Source: the human T2T-CHM13v2.0 reference genome, Homo sapiens
Length of the DNA: 64,000 bases
Direction: 5' to 3' (one strand)
Assembly (NCBI RefSeq): GCF_009914755.1
Contig: NC_060929.1
The position numbers and the translations under genes were made by a program. Below the pieces are notes generated by a model. It did not search any database, was not told where the DNA came from, and saw nothing but the letters and a program-made list of their open reading frames with translations. Below, piece after piece: positions 40,931 to 56,436 of this stretch (its first letter is position 1; every line of letters starts with the position of its first letter).

Positions 40931-42429
40931 GACGGGGCTTGTGACTATTTCCAGCAGAAATCATTTAGCATTGTTCTTAGAAAGAGAGAAATATCTCCAA
41001 ACACCACTGAATTCTCCCTCACTAGGTATAATTCCCAGTCTCAGGACACTTTCCAGGAAACCCTCAGCTCACCTGTGTCTTTCCTCCCAAAATAAGGTTT
41101 TTATTCATTTAACAATTTTTTTTTGAGAAAATCTCTTAATTTGTTGCAGAATACAGGCGCTAAATCTGCCGCCAAAAGGTGGAGGGAGCTAGCGTGTAAT
41201 TTTCACCCTTTACCAAAATGTCAAGTCCAATCTTCAAATGAGTAGATAAAATCAAGCTAGCCTTTTTGCGGCTAAATGTGATGTGCTGGAGTTTAACTTA
41301 CAGTGCTGACAACACGAAGCTGAGTTCACATGCTCTAGTGGAACTGCAGACTTTTCAAGCATGGATTCTCATTGACTTAGAGAATTCGCTGTCTCTGGGG
41401 AGCAGTTGCTTTCTGTGGCCTTCCCCGCACAGTGGGATTTAGAGAATTTCTGCGCTTTCCCCCAAGGGGCGTGCATCAGCCATAAAACAGCAAATCCTAC
41501 CTCCTGGGCCTTGGGGCCCTTCCCCCACCAGCACTGCACCGATCCCCATATTCTGGTATGACCTCTTCTTCCCTGAGAGCTGGGGTCACAGCTCACCTCT
41601 GCATGTGCAGAGAGCAGAGTGCATCACAGAGAAACCTGTTCCTGCCTCTGTGACCCTCCCAGCTCCATGCAGCCATGGAGGACGAGTCTGTGGGCCTGCA
41701 GGACACTGGGCGGCTGCCAGAGCAGTCTGCATTTCCACAGCCTTTGCGCCCCAGCACCCAGAGCTCAGACCCCCTGTCCACCGGCCAGGACTACCCCAGA
41801 TAAGGACTACCCCAGGCAGCTCCTGGAGCAGGAGGCTGGGGCGCCAGAGCACAATGGAGTCGACACCGGGGCCTGACCCAAGGGTGTTTGTTCCTGACGC
41901 TCTGACCCCACTCTTGTCTCTGTCCCAATACCTGATGATGTCTCCATCCTGGCATGCTTGGGCATCCTCTCCTCCACCTCATTTATAAATGAATTCATTT
42001 TATAAATGAATACAAACCTAATGAATAGATTATTGATGGCTGGAAGTAAACTGCTAAACATTGTGAATCTAAGGATTTCATGTAACATGTGAACATGGCA
42101 AACACACACATGCACACTCACATACATGCACACACACATGCTGATCCTAGAGGGAAAATCGTGGAGTTTCTCCAGATGGAAAAAAATTGAGATTAGTATT
42201 TTCTCTTTAATTGCAACGTCACAAGAAGGGTTACCTCCTTCACACCTCACACCCAAGTTTTAAAATAAATTCTCTACTTTTGACTTCAGTTTTGAAATTA
42301 TCAATGATTTTACAAAAAGTGAATGGGTGTCTTTAGAGAAATTATTTCTGCAATCTGCTTTGATTTGCCTTCTTTTATATACTAAAAGAGAACAAAAATC
42401 TAAAAATCAAGAGCTGGCACTGTCCTTCT

Positions 42430-42605
42430 GATCGTCTGAGGTATTTCGGGGGGTATTTTCTGCTTCTCGGCGAGAGCGCGCGCTGACACAGGCTAGGTCC
42501 AGGCCGCCAGCAGCCAGGACTCAGGGAAGCGTGAGCCGGCCAGTGCGCTGAGGACAGTATTGCTCTCCGCGCGACGCGTGGGAAGCCCCTGGTTTCTAGC
42601 GGCCT
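42430..42605. promoter_or_regulatory. Small CpG-dense patch
   Basis: About 17 CpGs in ~175 bp (gagcgcgcgc, ccgcgcgacgcg) within AT-rich flanks. Confidence 0.45.
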
Positions 42606-44262
42606 GTGCCTGCCTTTCAATCACCATTCCCATACTTAATATGAGGTTTTTAAAATATTTTCCTCGTTTTCAAGCATGATTTACAAAAGGGTAAAAGGGC
42701 TGCTTTCCATTCTTCTTTTTATCTCTAGAAGTTGTGTGGAAATGAAAAACAGGATTGGCTAAGAAGGGAAAGTTGTTGACTCCAGGTTCTGAGAAACCAG
42801 TTGACTCAAATTCCATCGCCCTTCTTCGAGACAAAGCGGCCTCAGTGGTGACGTTTGTTCCTGTCCAAGTCTTTGTGAGTCGCTGCACACTTTCGGGCAT
42901 GGTGTCCGAACTGCTCTGTGCACACCCACCTTTATTTTCTGTGTCATCTGTTCTTTTTCTGATCCTCAGTACATACACGCACACACAAGCACACGCACAC
43001 ACATGCACACGCACACACACACATGCCACACATGTTCTAATCACGACTGAAATGAGCCCCAAGTTCTCAACCACTGATTACATTTTTAAAAATATTCAGA
43101 ACAATAAATATTCAACCCAAAAAAATTGAGAAATTCAGGAGAACATCTCTCTTTTCAATAATTCTCCTGAATATCACACTGCAGTTGGCCATGTTAAAAA
43201 AAAAAATAGAAAATCCAGGTGTTTGTGAGGGCGCACGCCTCCAAAGAATACATAAAATGCCCAACACCTGTTAAACCAATTAATCAACTTACTATATGTA
43301 TTTTCTCTTAAAAAATTAATTAAAAAATACAAAGTACATTATAAGTCATATATTTATATTATACGTTATGGTGTTATATATTTTTTACTTTGTGTGTTAT
43401 ATGTAACAAGATATATGTTATGTTAAATTATAAACTGTAAATAAATTTATAACTATAGAATATACATTTATTACGTTATAACTTAATGTAAGCATAAAAT
43501 CATAATTTAATAAGTAGAAATTATAGTGCCCTTGATCATGGAGAGTAGAAGCAGGTTTCTTTTAGCATCGTTCTTGGTTTCCCTTCAACGTGTGTACAAT
43601 ACTCATCAAGATGGGGATACTTAAATGCAGTCAATGCTCCAGCAAATTCTGGAGTGTAAGAGGCATCTCAGGTGAGAGTCTGTGTGGTCAACTTACTCAA
43701 TTTAATTTAAACTTAAGTGTAAATAGTTTAAGGCGATAGCCCGTTACTGCTCACATCTGAATTCACATGGGCCCCCCGGCTGGAACAGAATCCAAACAAA
43801 CAAACAAACAAACAAAACTAATCTAGACATCTGAAGTCTCCACTCTCTTGGTGAGTGACAGATCTGCAAGACAGGTCTGAAAAGGAACTTTCTCTTTATA
43901 TTCCAAACATTGATTTTTTGCATCTACCCACAAACCCATCTGATCTATGAGATCTCAGTTCTGGGGACAAAGGCATGTAAGTGACCTATGGAGATATTTA
44001 TGGTCAGTTCCAGAGAAGCAAGACACATACCCTGCCTACTGGACATTGATCTGTTTGTGGAATCACCCAAGAATGAACTGAAACAGGGCTATTGGCCTCT
44101 TTCTGAAATAACCTTTATGTCCAAATAAGGAAAAAAAAACATGTAACTAGCAAAATTGGCATGCACCTGGTTTTACTTACACAGTAGCCCTAATGGACCT
44201 GAAAAAACCAAACCATAGCCCTATTGCCACTACATTCAATTTGGCAATCTCCTAGTCATCCA

Positions 44263-44562
44263 TTTTTTTTTGTTTTTTTCTGAGACGGAGTCTTGCCCTG
44301 TCTCCCAGGCTAGAGTGCAGTGGCGCAATCTCCACTCACGGCAACCTCTGCCTGCGAGGTTCAAGAGATTTTCCTGCCCCAGACTCCTGAGTTGCTGGGA
44401 TTACAGGCACATGCTGCCACGTCCAGCTAATTTTTTGTATTTTTAGTAGAGACAGGGTTTCACCATGTTGGCCAGGCTGGTTTCGAACTCCTGACCTCGT
44501 GATCTGCCCGCCTCGACCTCCCAAAGTGCTGAAATTACAGGTGTGAGCCACTGCACCTGGCC
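44263..44562 (-). mobile_element. AluS (Sg-like)
   Basis: Full dimer; ggccaggctgg...ctgacctcgtgatc. Confidence 0.93.
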
Positions 44563-44965
44563 GGTTATCCATATTTTTGAGGTTACTTCAACTAATGAAG
44601 AAAAACTTGCTTCTCCACCGATACTGGTCTATTCAGACCACATCTTGATCTAGAAACCTACACAGAAGCATCTCTGCTTCAGAAACCATTAAAGGATATA
44701 GCCGTACTTCTTTTAGATTCCCTCTGCATAAGATACAGTTGCCAACTAAGAAATCCACACTGAGAAATTAGGGAAATGTCACAAGTGTTTCAAACCATGA
44801 CACATGGTATGTTTTTAGAGTTATTTCTTGCTCCTCCAAGTCTAAAAGAAGCAAGGACTCCTTCAAGGATCTAGTGCCAGCCACAAGGCCACCTGCTCTG
44901 TGCAGAATTTGTCAGGGTGGGAACAACGTGCTGTGGAGGTTTCAGGCACTAAAGCAAGACTGGGA

Positions 44966-46121
<1,156 letters not shown>

Positions 46122-46659
46122 AAGACTGGGAACTGATGTGAGGCCTAATCCTGGAATGGCTTGCTTGAGTCAGTAAATGAACTGTTGATCCACATAAAGT
46201 TAAAAAGAATTCTGGAGGAATAAAAACACGGTCATTTGAGAGCAATCAGTGGATTTCAGGCTGATCAATCAGTGGTTAAAACAAGTGACCGGTTGAACTG
46301 CTGATGGATTTATTACCATAGTCCTCACTTAGGACATGCCAAAGTCTGCAGAGACTAATTGGTTTGCTCATTTTCAATAAACACACTTTTTCTCACACGA
46401 TAAAGCTAAGTCATTCATTCATGTTCATTCATTAAAAAAAAAATTTAGTCAAACTTTGAATAACCTGGAGAAAATGTAAGATCTGCCACCAGTGGTTGGG
46501 ATGGGAGAAATATAAAGGAATTTGGAAGGTTTCTGATGGGAAGAAATTTGAAAGTTACTTAAAAATATAAAAAGAAAAATTGAGAATATAATTAAATTAA
46601 AGATATCTATCCTGTTTAGCATTTCCCCCCTCTAAGCAAGAAACTTAATCTATCTTTTT

Positions 46660-46740
46660 CTCTGATCTATCCCTCATGCCTAGAATAGTGCCATGTACAT
46701 AGTAAGTTCTTAATAAATATTTGTTGAATACATGAATGAA
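46660..46740 (+). mobile_element. L2 3' end
   Basis: gcctagaatagtgccatgtacatagtaagttcttaataaatatttgttgaatacatgaatgaa. Confidence 0.8.
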
Positions 46741-46836
46741 CAAACACCTGTACTCAAAATATGAACAGGGCTGGAGAATGTTGAGGAGGTAAAAATCCGA
46801 GTCCACAATGTTATGGATAGGATAAAATTAACGGAA

Positions 46837-47115
46837 TTTTTTTTTTTTTTTTTTTTTTTTTGAGACAGAGTCTCGCTCTGTCGCCCAGGCTGAAGTGCAG
46901 TAGCACTATCTTGGCTCACTGCAAGCTCCCCTTCAGCCTCTGTGTAGCTGGGACTACTAGCGCCCGCCACCACGCCCGGCTAATTTTTTGTATTTTTATT
47001 AGAGACGGGGTTTCACCATGTTAACCAGGATGGTCTCGATTTCCTGACCTCATGATCCACCCACCTCGGCCTCCCAAAGTGCTGGGATTGCAGGCGTGAG
47101 CCACTGTGCCCGGCC
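46837..47115 (-). mobile_element. AluY-like with a short internal deletion in the right arm
   Basis: gcaagctcc joined almost directly to tcagcctc; TSD attaacgga (46827-46835, 47117-47125). Confidence 0.93.
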
Positions 47116-48374
47116 GATTAACGGATTTTTTTAGCACCCTCCTTGCTCTCTCTTCTCCTGAGCCTCTGAGTGCAGAAGACTGGACTTCGTCAATGCAAGG
47201 TAACTTTTTGTGATTTCCTGGTTTCATTTTCCTTCATCTCTCATGCCAAGAGTCCTTTGAGAGTGGACCTAAGCTTCTAAACTCTAAGAAGATGGATGCA
47301 CTTTTCGAGGTGGAGTGGTTCTCATCTTGGTCCTCACCTGTTCAGGTTGGCCCCTGCTGTACTTCCTTCCTGTCCTCTGGCCTCCAATGAGATGTGCATG
47401 CTCCTGTTGTCTGGGCTTTGAGGGCACATGGGAAATGTGACTTGGTCCCCCCTTTGCACACCCGCACACACCCCACGCACTTTACTCTGCCCAGGTGTGC
47501 GAGGCAGTTGTTTCAACAGGGCATGGAAAACTCTGAGACGCTGGCGGCAAGTGGGAGGTGCAGAGGTTCCCCCATTCTTGGGGGCGCCAAACTCTTCTTC
47601 AGTTTCCATCACAACCCCTTTCCCTGCAGACCTTGGCTTAGGGAGGTGGAACATAGGCCCCTTCCTCAGAAGACCCATCAGGAACTTTCTAGATTCCCTT
47701 TGGATTCTATCTTTCAATCATTTAGGATTTGTACCCTGTTCCAGGGAAAGATCCTTAGGGTCTTCTATTCTTCACAATCTATGTGTGTTCCCATATTTTC
47801 TTGCAATAAAAAACCCTTTCTTTCAAAACTCAAGTTTTTGCCCTGAGTTTCAAAAACCTGTTTAGGCCGCAAGAGCCCAGCATTGACATCTCTGTGTGTT
47901 CCTCTTTTCTGCCTCTCACTGAGGCAGGCCATAAAGACTTCCCACCCTGGCTTGAGGGGTCTGCCAAAGTCCTGGGCACCCAAGGGAGGAAAGATGCCCC
48001 TGGTTAATTCCTGGAAACAATGCCTGGTTAGAGGTTAAGCCAGGTGGTCATCAATGCGGCCAGTAACTCATACTTGGGGACGCTTCTAGAAAAATGTGTT
48101 TTGAGCTGGGTCTACTAACAAGGAAAAAAGCTTGCCGAGCAGACAGATGGTCCCCAAAGTGTGGTTAGAGGGAGTGGCAAGAGTACATGCATGTGAGTGT
48201 CTATGGGCATATGTGTGTGGGCATCTGCATATATGTCCATGGTTGGGGGACCCTGCAGGAGCAAGAGTGAGATTATACAAAGGAAAACCCAGGAGATGGT
48301 TCCTGCAGAATGAGGATGGTTAGTTACAGAAAAGATGGTTGGTTGAAGATGATAATGTTTGAATTAGTTCCTCC

Positions 48375-48853
48375 AATAATCAGTTTTGTCTACTGAGTCA
48401 TTTGTGGTGTCCAGTGATTTAATCAAACACTAATCTAGGTGTTGTTGTGGAGGCGGTTTATAGATGACTTTCAGTAAATCATGCTTGATTATCTGTGTGG
48501 GCCTGATCTAATCACATGAAAGAACTTAAGGGCAGAACTGAGGTTTCTGTGAAGAAGACTTTCCACCTGTGGACAGCAGCATCAGCTCCCGCCACAGTGT
48601 TTCCAGCCAACTGCCAGCTCTATGGATTTCAGACTTCCCTAGCTATGCTCCACAATGGAATGAATGAGCTGATTCTTTGCAATAAATATCTCTATCTGTC
48701 CCTATATCTATCTCTGTATCTATCTCTGTCTCTATCTCAGTATCCTTCTCTGTCTCTGTCTCATCTCTATCATTGCCTCTATCTCTGCAGCTACATCTAT
48801 GTCTGTGTGTTTCCTCCTGGTTCTGTTCCTTTGCTGAAATCAAAACTCATGCA
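48375..48853 (+). mobile_element. MLT2 (MLT2D-like) ERVL LTR
   Basis: aatcaaacactaatctaggtgttgttgtggagg...tgtggacagcagcatcagctcc...aataaatatc, (TATCTC)n, ctggttctgtt. Confidence 0.8.
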
Positions 48854-49935
<1,082 letters not shown>

Positions 49936-49959
49936 TTCTAAAAATGGCATGATTTTTTC

Positions 49960-50246
49960 TCATTTATACAGACACCCAGAGGAAAAGACAAGAAGTATGA
50001 GGGACAGTGTGACCATAGAGACAGAGATTGGAGTGATCCAGCCCCAAGCCGAGGAACGCCTGCAGCCACCAGGAACTGGGAGAGATGAGGAAAGAGCCTC
50101 CTCTAGAGCCTTCTGAAGGAGTGTGAACCTGTCAACACCTTGATTTTGGACTTCTGACTTCCAGGACTGGGACATAACACATGTCTGTTATGTTAAACCT
50201 CCCAGTTTGTTGCAGTTTGTAACAGCAGGCCATGGAGGCTAGAACA
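49960..50246 (+). mobile_element. MLT1C-like LTR, 3' half
   Basis: gagacagagattggagtgatccagccccaagccgaggaacgcc...acaccttgattttggacttctg. Confidence 0.85.
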
Positions 50247-50849
50247 GTCTCATTCAGCCTCAACAACTCCATCATACAGGCATATTTAGGCACCTTGGTC
50301 CTACTGTCTGGGGACATTCAGTCAGCCCACTGTAAGTTTCTGACCAGTGATTTGGTCCTAGTCTGAACATTTGTGTTGCAGGAAACCGTTCCAGGGCTCA
50401 GGAGACCTGCATTCTCAGTTTGCCACTTAGGTAGTCTTCTGGTCATAAACAAGACATTCAGCTTCTCTCATCTACAAAATAAAGGGAAAGATACTTATGC
50501 CCCAAAGGAGCTAAACGTGCACCTTTGAAGCACCTGGCTCGATGCTGGGTCTGGAGAATATGTTTGGCCACTGCTCTCCACTCTGCAGAGCCCCCTGAGG
50601 TCCTTGCTACAGCCAACGTCACGTGGTCTTATCATGGGTCTGACACCACTCCCCTATTGCCTTTACCTACTAAACTCACTTTTATTTTTAACTATGCCCT
50701 GGCTTAGATAATTAAATTTCTGTATTCAATTCGGGGAAAGAAATGTTTATAAAAACTCTTTAAAAAGGGCAAAGCTTCACGAGGGCTGATGGTCCCTATT
50801 TGGATGACTGTGCTACACCCACCTCACCTGTTGTTTTGACTTAAGGCTT

Positions 50850-51120
50850 AATGCCAGAACAATTTGAATTCTAATTTCAGTTTAATAGCATATTAAGAAT
50901 ATAGATACGTATTAAGAATATAGATAGCGTATTAAGAATATAGATGTATTAAGAATATAGCGTATTAAGAAATATAGAATATTTCACCTGTTTAAGCTTC
51001 AGTGTCTACACATATAAACTGGGAGTATTAATTGTGCATACTTTCTAAGGTTAGTGTGGTTATGAAATCACACACGTCAAACACTGAACACACCACAGCA
51101 CTATCGGTGTTAGCTACTGT
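50850..51120 (+). mobile_element. MIR containing a 5-copy AT-rich tandem repeat (50891-50980)
   Basis: MIR core cttcagtgtctacacatataaactgggagtattaat; (g)tattaagaatatag x5. Confidence 0.6.
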
Positions 51121-51287
51121 TGTCCCTATTGGAAAGTAGGGGATTTCTAAAAATTCAGGCAACTTCGTTTCACTCTTATAGTATAAAAATTGTTCTCCTT
51201 GAATGATGCAAACTTACATTTTTATACTGTCATATTCTTTCATTGAGGCTTTTCTCATTATTCCTTTATTCTCTTTGATAACTTTTC

Positions 51288-51850
51288 AGAAATTGTGTTA
51301 AAATATGTAACACTCAAGTGCACAGTTCTATGGCATTACATACATTCACATTATCATGCAACCATTACCACCATTTATTTCATCCCAAACTAAAACTCTG
51401 TCTCCATTAAATACTAACTCCCTATCCTTTCCTTCTCCACAGCCCCTGGTAACCTCTAATCCTCATTCTCTATGAATGTTCCTACTCTAGATATTTCATA
51501 TAAATGGAATTATATGATATTTGTGCTTTTCTTTCTGGCTTATATCATTTAGTAATGTCTTCAAGGTTTATACAGGTTGTAACATGTGCCCCATTTCCTT
51601 CCTTTTTGAGGCTGAGTAATATCCCATTGTATGGACAGACCGTGTTTTGTTTATTTCTTCATCTGATGATGGACTCTTCGGTTGTATCCATCTTTTGGCT
51701 ATTGCAAATAATGCTGCTAATACCACTGGTGTACAAATATCTCTTTGAGACCTGCCTCTTAATGCTTTTGGGTATTTACTCAGAAGTGAAATTGCTTGAT
51801 CACATCGTAATCCTATGTTTAAGTTTTTGAGGAATTACCATATCATTTTC
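51288..51850 (-). mobile_element. L1MB-type 3' end
   Basis: catcccaaactaaaactctgtctccattaa...cagcccctggtaacctct...ccttttt gaggctgagtaatatcccattgtatgga. Confidence 0.85.
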
Positions 51851-52659
51851 TCTCTTTGATAGTTTTTCTTATTTTTATAATTTTTTTGATTATTCAAAAA
51901 CTTGCAGTTCTTGGGGTCACTTTTTGGCTGGTTTTTGCTTCGCATGCTATTTTTTCCCAGTTTTGTTTCCCTTTGGCTTGTTTTGAGTAACAGTATGTGT
52001 TCAGCCCAGTGCACGTCCCCACAGAGGAGCAAGACATGAGCTTCTCTGAGGTCTTGCAGCTGGCTCAGCTCTGGATACACAAGTTCACGGGGAATAAAAG
52101 TGCTGCCCCACATAGTTTTGTGGGACAGGCTTGGGGTTTACTTAGTTTTAAGAGACTTTTCTTTAAACAATTTCTAGGTAAATATCATGCCACCTTGGTT
52201 TTTTTTGTTTTTGTTTTTGTTTGTTTTGTTTTTGTTTTTTCTGAAGCAGTGGGTCTATTTTCTCTTGCGGCAACACTTGATGAGTTATGCATTAATGTGG
52301 GAGTTTCAGTATCAGATCCTTGTCTTACTTGGGACCGAGGCTAAAGCACCTTGATTTGTGAAAGCCCAGCCTCTGATTTGTGATATCTGTGCCAGATAAC
52401 CTGGCCACTGCAGTGGAAGTTCATACATTTAGCCTAAACTCAATTTTTACATTTCCTTTTTATTTTAAATTCCCTTCCTAGTAAAGATGTTTCCTTTGAG
52501 CTCAGAGATTTATGTGTATGTTAAGCTTTATATTTTGAAAGAATTGTAAACTCAAAGGAAGTCACAAAATAATAGAGAGATGTCCTGTCTACCTGGCTTT
52601 CTCCAAATGTATTTTTAGCTATGAATTTTTAGTTTTGAAAATTCTTGTATTTCTATTTT

Positions 52660-52850
52660 TTAATGGCATAAACAAATTAGAAGTTTATTTTTCTTTCAGG
52701 TAAGGTCCAGAAGTGAGCAGTTGAAATGGTGTGGCACTTCTATTCCACTAGGTCTTCAGGAACCTACACTTCTGTTTGCTCACAATGATCCTTGTGGTGC
52801 AAGATAGTGCCTAGAGCTCCAGCCATCACAACTGTATTCCAGGAATCACC
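52660..52850 (-). mobile_element. Old MaLR fragment (MLT1J/K-like)
   Basis: aaacaaattagaagtttatttttct...caagatagtgcctagagctccagccatcaca. Confidence 0.55.
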
Positions 52851-54420
52851 TATGAATTTTCAACAATTATATTTTGTTAACTGTTTCTGTGCATTTGGAG
52901 CAGGAGAATCAGGTATATTTACTCAGTCTTCTCTGTTGCCGAAATCTGAATCCCCCTTTCAAATTCTCCCCAGAAGCTTTCTGATCATGACTTGTTATGT
53001 AGGTTTTCATCCTTTAGTGTGTCACTCTGGGGTGTGTGTGTGAGCGCACCTGCACATGTGTGTTCCTACATGTCCAGGTTCTCCCAGGGCAACACTGGCA
53101 TTTCCTACATTTCTGTGGCCTGGTGTGATGGGGAGGCTCTCGTGCCTGCTTGCTGATGGAAGCATGGAAGAAGAGGGGCTCTCACAGATAGCTGAGCCCA
53201 GCACAGTGCAGGCAGCATCAACAGGGCTCCTAAATCCAGCCCAGCAATTCCAGCTTTCAAGTGAACACAATAAAGTAATTTTGAGTATTTGGTTTACAAG
53301 AAGGTGGGCAGGGGAGTTAAATATAAGGAATGGAAAAGGGTCTGACACTTCTTTTTTTGAAAAAGAGCAAGCCCTCATTTTTGGGGGTAGTATACAAATA
53401 GATAGCTATGACTCACTACACAGCTTGCATTCTTTAAAAAACCTATAGTCTTTAGGTGAGTATCTAGAAAACTTGACATTCTCATGTCATTCTAACCTTG
53501 ATCACGTGTGAAAACCTAACTTGCATTGGAGATGAAACCCCCACGCATGGTCCAAGGTAACATCCTGAGACGGCTCCTCCAGGAGCTGGCCTCCTTTTTG
53601 AAGGGCCAGAGCAGGCTCTTCCCCCACAAACAACGCTCCCATGGGCCCTGCATGGGCTCCACTCAAAAGTGGCCCAGCTCTTCCTAGGGAGACCTCTCCA
53701 GACGGCTGTGGGGAGGCACTCCTCCTGGGGTTTCTGAGCTGGGCTGCAGGGATGGTGTAATGCACAGGGTTTCTTGGAGAAGGGCGCCCTGGAGATGCTG
53801 AGATACCTGTAGCACATAGGTATGCGTCAAACACTCTATTTGTTGGTTGTTTTTTCCATATGATGACTCTGAACTACTTCTGACACAGTGAAATGAAACC
53901 AAACCAAATCAAATCCAAACCAATCCAATCCAAAGAACTTGCTTAACCTCAGGCTTAGCTTGTGATCTTTTAGTTGGAAAGAAATCACAGTTCTCACAAG
54001 TGTAGTACCAACCACTTGCCTAAAAAGTTACTGCGGTGCTTAGTTAAGATTATCTTTATCTGGTGTATACCACCTTTTGGGTTATAGATAGATAGATAGA
54101 TAGTTTCATTGTGCCACAACCTGGCATTTTCATGTTTCTTTGACCAAGTACAGAATTTGCTTGACTCTAACCTGGAGAGTTCCTTAGGTGATGACCTTTC
54201 ATGGAAGTTCTATGACAGTAAATAAACTATTAACTGAAGGAAAATGTTATAATTAATATGTCTCTTTGCTGCATCGTATATGGATTAAGTGATAAAAACA
54301 CTTAAGTAGTCGACCTTCAGAGCCATATATTTGAGAACACTCAAATCATTAACTATTATATTTTCCTACAAAATTTTTTTATAAATCTAGTTTTAAATTA
54401 TGTTATAAAAATAGGAAACT

Positions 54421-54424
<4 letters not shown>

Positions 54425-54468
<44 letters not shown>
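54425..54468. repeat. (AT)22 microsatellite
   Basis: Perfect run read directly. Confidence 0.97.
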
Positions 54469-54471
<3 letters not shown>

Positions 54472-54759
54472 ATATAGTTTCAGGGATTTTGTCAGTGTTG
54501 AAAGCACCGATGTTCATCTTCATATTTATATACATGACTTAAATTTTGTCTCAAGTAATTTTGAAATTTTAAATAAAACTGCCATGATTTCTCAAAAATA
54601 AATAAATAAATAAATAAATAAAACCTGTGCTTTTTACATGGTGAACTTCCAAGCTTTGTCTGTAGAGCACTGCTGAAAAAAAAAAAAAAGATCCAGAGGG
54701 GGAAAATGGGTACCAGGGCTGAGTGCAGGCAGGCACACACCCCAGGGTACGGGGCTGCT

Positions 54760-55470
54760 GCTGTGCACATTAGCAGGTGTGGTCCTCAACAAAAACAGAG
54801 ACCCAGTGACAACGATCCTCCGCCCCGGTGCACTGGCAAAGGAAGCCACGGTTTCCCCGTTTCACATTAACTGGGACCCGTTATCGGGGTGTGACCTCTG
54901 CCAGAAGCAGAAAGTGCTGATTCCTGCACAACCGGTAAGTGATGAGAAGGTGGAATCTCCCTTCTGCCAGTTACAACGGTGATTGCCATGCAAGGAAGTT
55001 AATGTTTTGTGGAATTTACAACCCGATATTAATGGTTTCTCTTCCAGCACTCTCTTCTTACTTTGTTTTCACCCCGATTTTTTTTTTTAACAACAAAGGA
55101 AACCGGACAATATGTGAAGCTTCATTAATTCTCTTTAGTTTTGATTTTTCCTTTCTTTTTTTTTCTCCCCTCCTTCTGGAGGTTAAGCGAGAGGCTTGTC
55201 ATGGGGCCTTTCCATAAACTCTGGTTCATGGGAGGGTGAAAGTTACAGTCTCGCCTAGAAGCGGGCATGGGGTGGAGGGCTGGCTTTCAATTCCCCCAGC
55301 CCTTTAACTGCCCGCAGTTTTATGGCCCTCTTGATCACCAATTACACAACCAGGAACAATGGAACTACCACTTAAATGACCAGGCCTCAAATTTGCCTTG
55401 ATTTGCCAATGTGTGTCATAGCAACACTTTCTTTGCACCTCGGGAGAGCCTAATTGCGGGAATGAAGATG
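54760..55470. promoter_or_regulatory. Candidate enhancer
   Basis: Repeat-free, CpG-retaining; TTTTATGG, AACAATG and CAATTA/TAATTG motifs. Inference only. Confidence 0.35.
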
Positions 55471-55805
55471 GATCGGGACCTGAGAAAAGCTGCTCCCAGG
55501 AACAATATGCTCGGCCCCCTGCCCCCGTAGGCCGGACTGCATTCTCCTGACCCCGGGCTGCCCTGCTAGCACTCCCCCTGACCTGAGGCTGCTGAAAGGA
55601 AACTGTCTGTGTCTTCGGGACCTTTCAAGTGCTGCAGAAACTGTGTGGTGGGGTCAGGGGAGGGGGAGCGCTGAGTTCAGGGGCTCTGGAGTCTAGGAAA
55701 AATAAATTGTAGGATGGGACTCAGACAAGACGCAAGTCTCAGGATGCCAGGATGTGTCCTGGATCTCTGTTTTTATCTGGTAACTGTGGTGGAAATCTGA
55801 GCACC

Positions 55806-55932
55806 GCAATAAACATACTTGTGCATGTGTCTTTATAGCAGCATGATTTATATTCCTTTGGGTATATACCCAGTAATGGGATGGCTGGGTCAAATGGTAT
55901 TTCTAGTTCTAGAACCCTGAAAAAAAAAAAAA
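55806..55932 (+). mobile_element. Minimal L1PA insertion: inverted ~114-bp ORF2 fragment plus poly(A)
   Basis: Antisense L1 ([36 protein letters not shown] on the - strand), then A13 on +; perfect 14-bp TSD gaaatctgagcacc (55792-55805, 55933-55946). Confidence 0.93.
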
Positions 55933-56436
55933 GAAATCTGAGCACCTTCACACTCTTGCCCCACTCAGGGCCCAGGGGAAAGCCTCTGCCTTCTGCCCTA
56001 GGCACACTTTAGTCACGCGGGGAAGTAGCTCTCCGTCTGTACATACTTTAAAAAAAAACTGTAAGAAAAATAATGAATGGTAAAAGTTGAGGATAACTGA
56101 AACATTTCCAAAGTGAAGAGGCTGATTCTGGCAGAAAATAAATGAGGAAAACATCATTTATCTAATAAGCATCTTTTCTATACAACTTTGTTGTTTATTA
56201 TTCTTTTGTCCCGTGTTGGGGATCGCCAACTTAAGTATTACATCTGTTTTCTTTTTTCCCACACTGCATAGATGTTGCTTCAGAGCTGATGGTAAGTGCA
56301 GTCCACCCCTCACCACCTGCTGGAGTCCACCCCCAGGACAGGAAACTTGGTGTAGAAAAGGAAAACCACCTTAAAGAAACCAACAAGAGCAGAGAAGACA
56401 GACTTGCCTAAGGTTGTGGAATTTCTAGAACTGGTC

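Noticed and set aside
41160-41190. CTCF-like motif gccaaaaggtggagg (also ~14541-14555 and ~58688-58705)
   Set aside because: Only partial matches with core mismatches; cannot be supported without a PWM scan or ChIP data.
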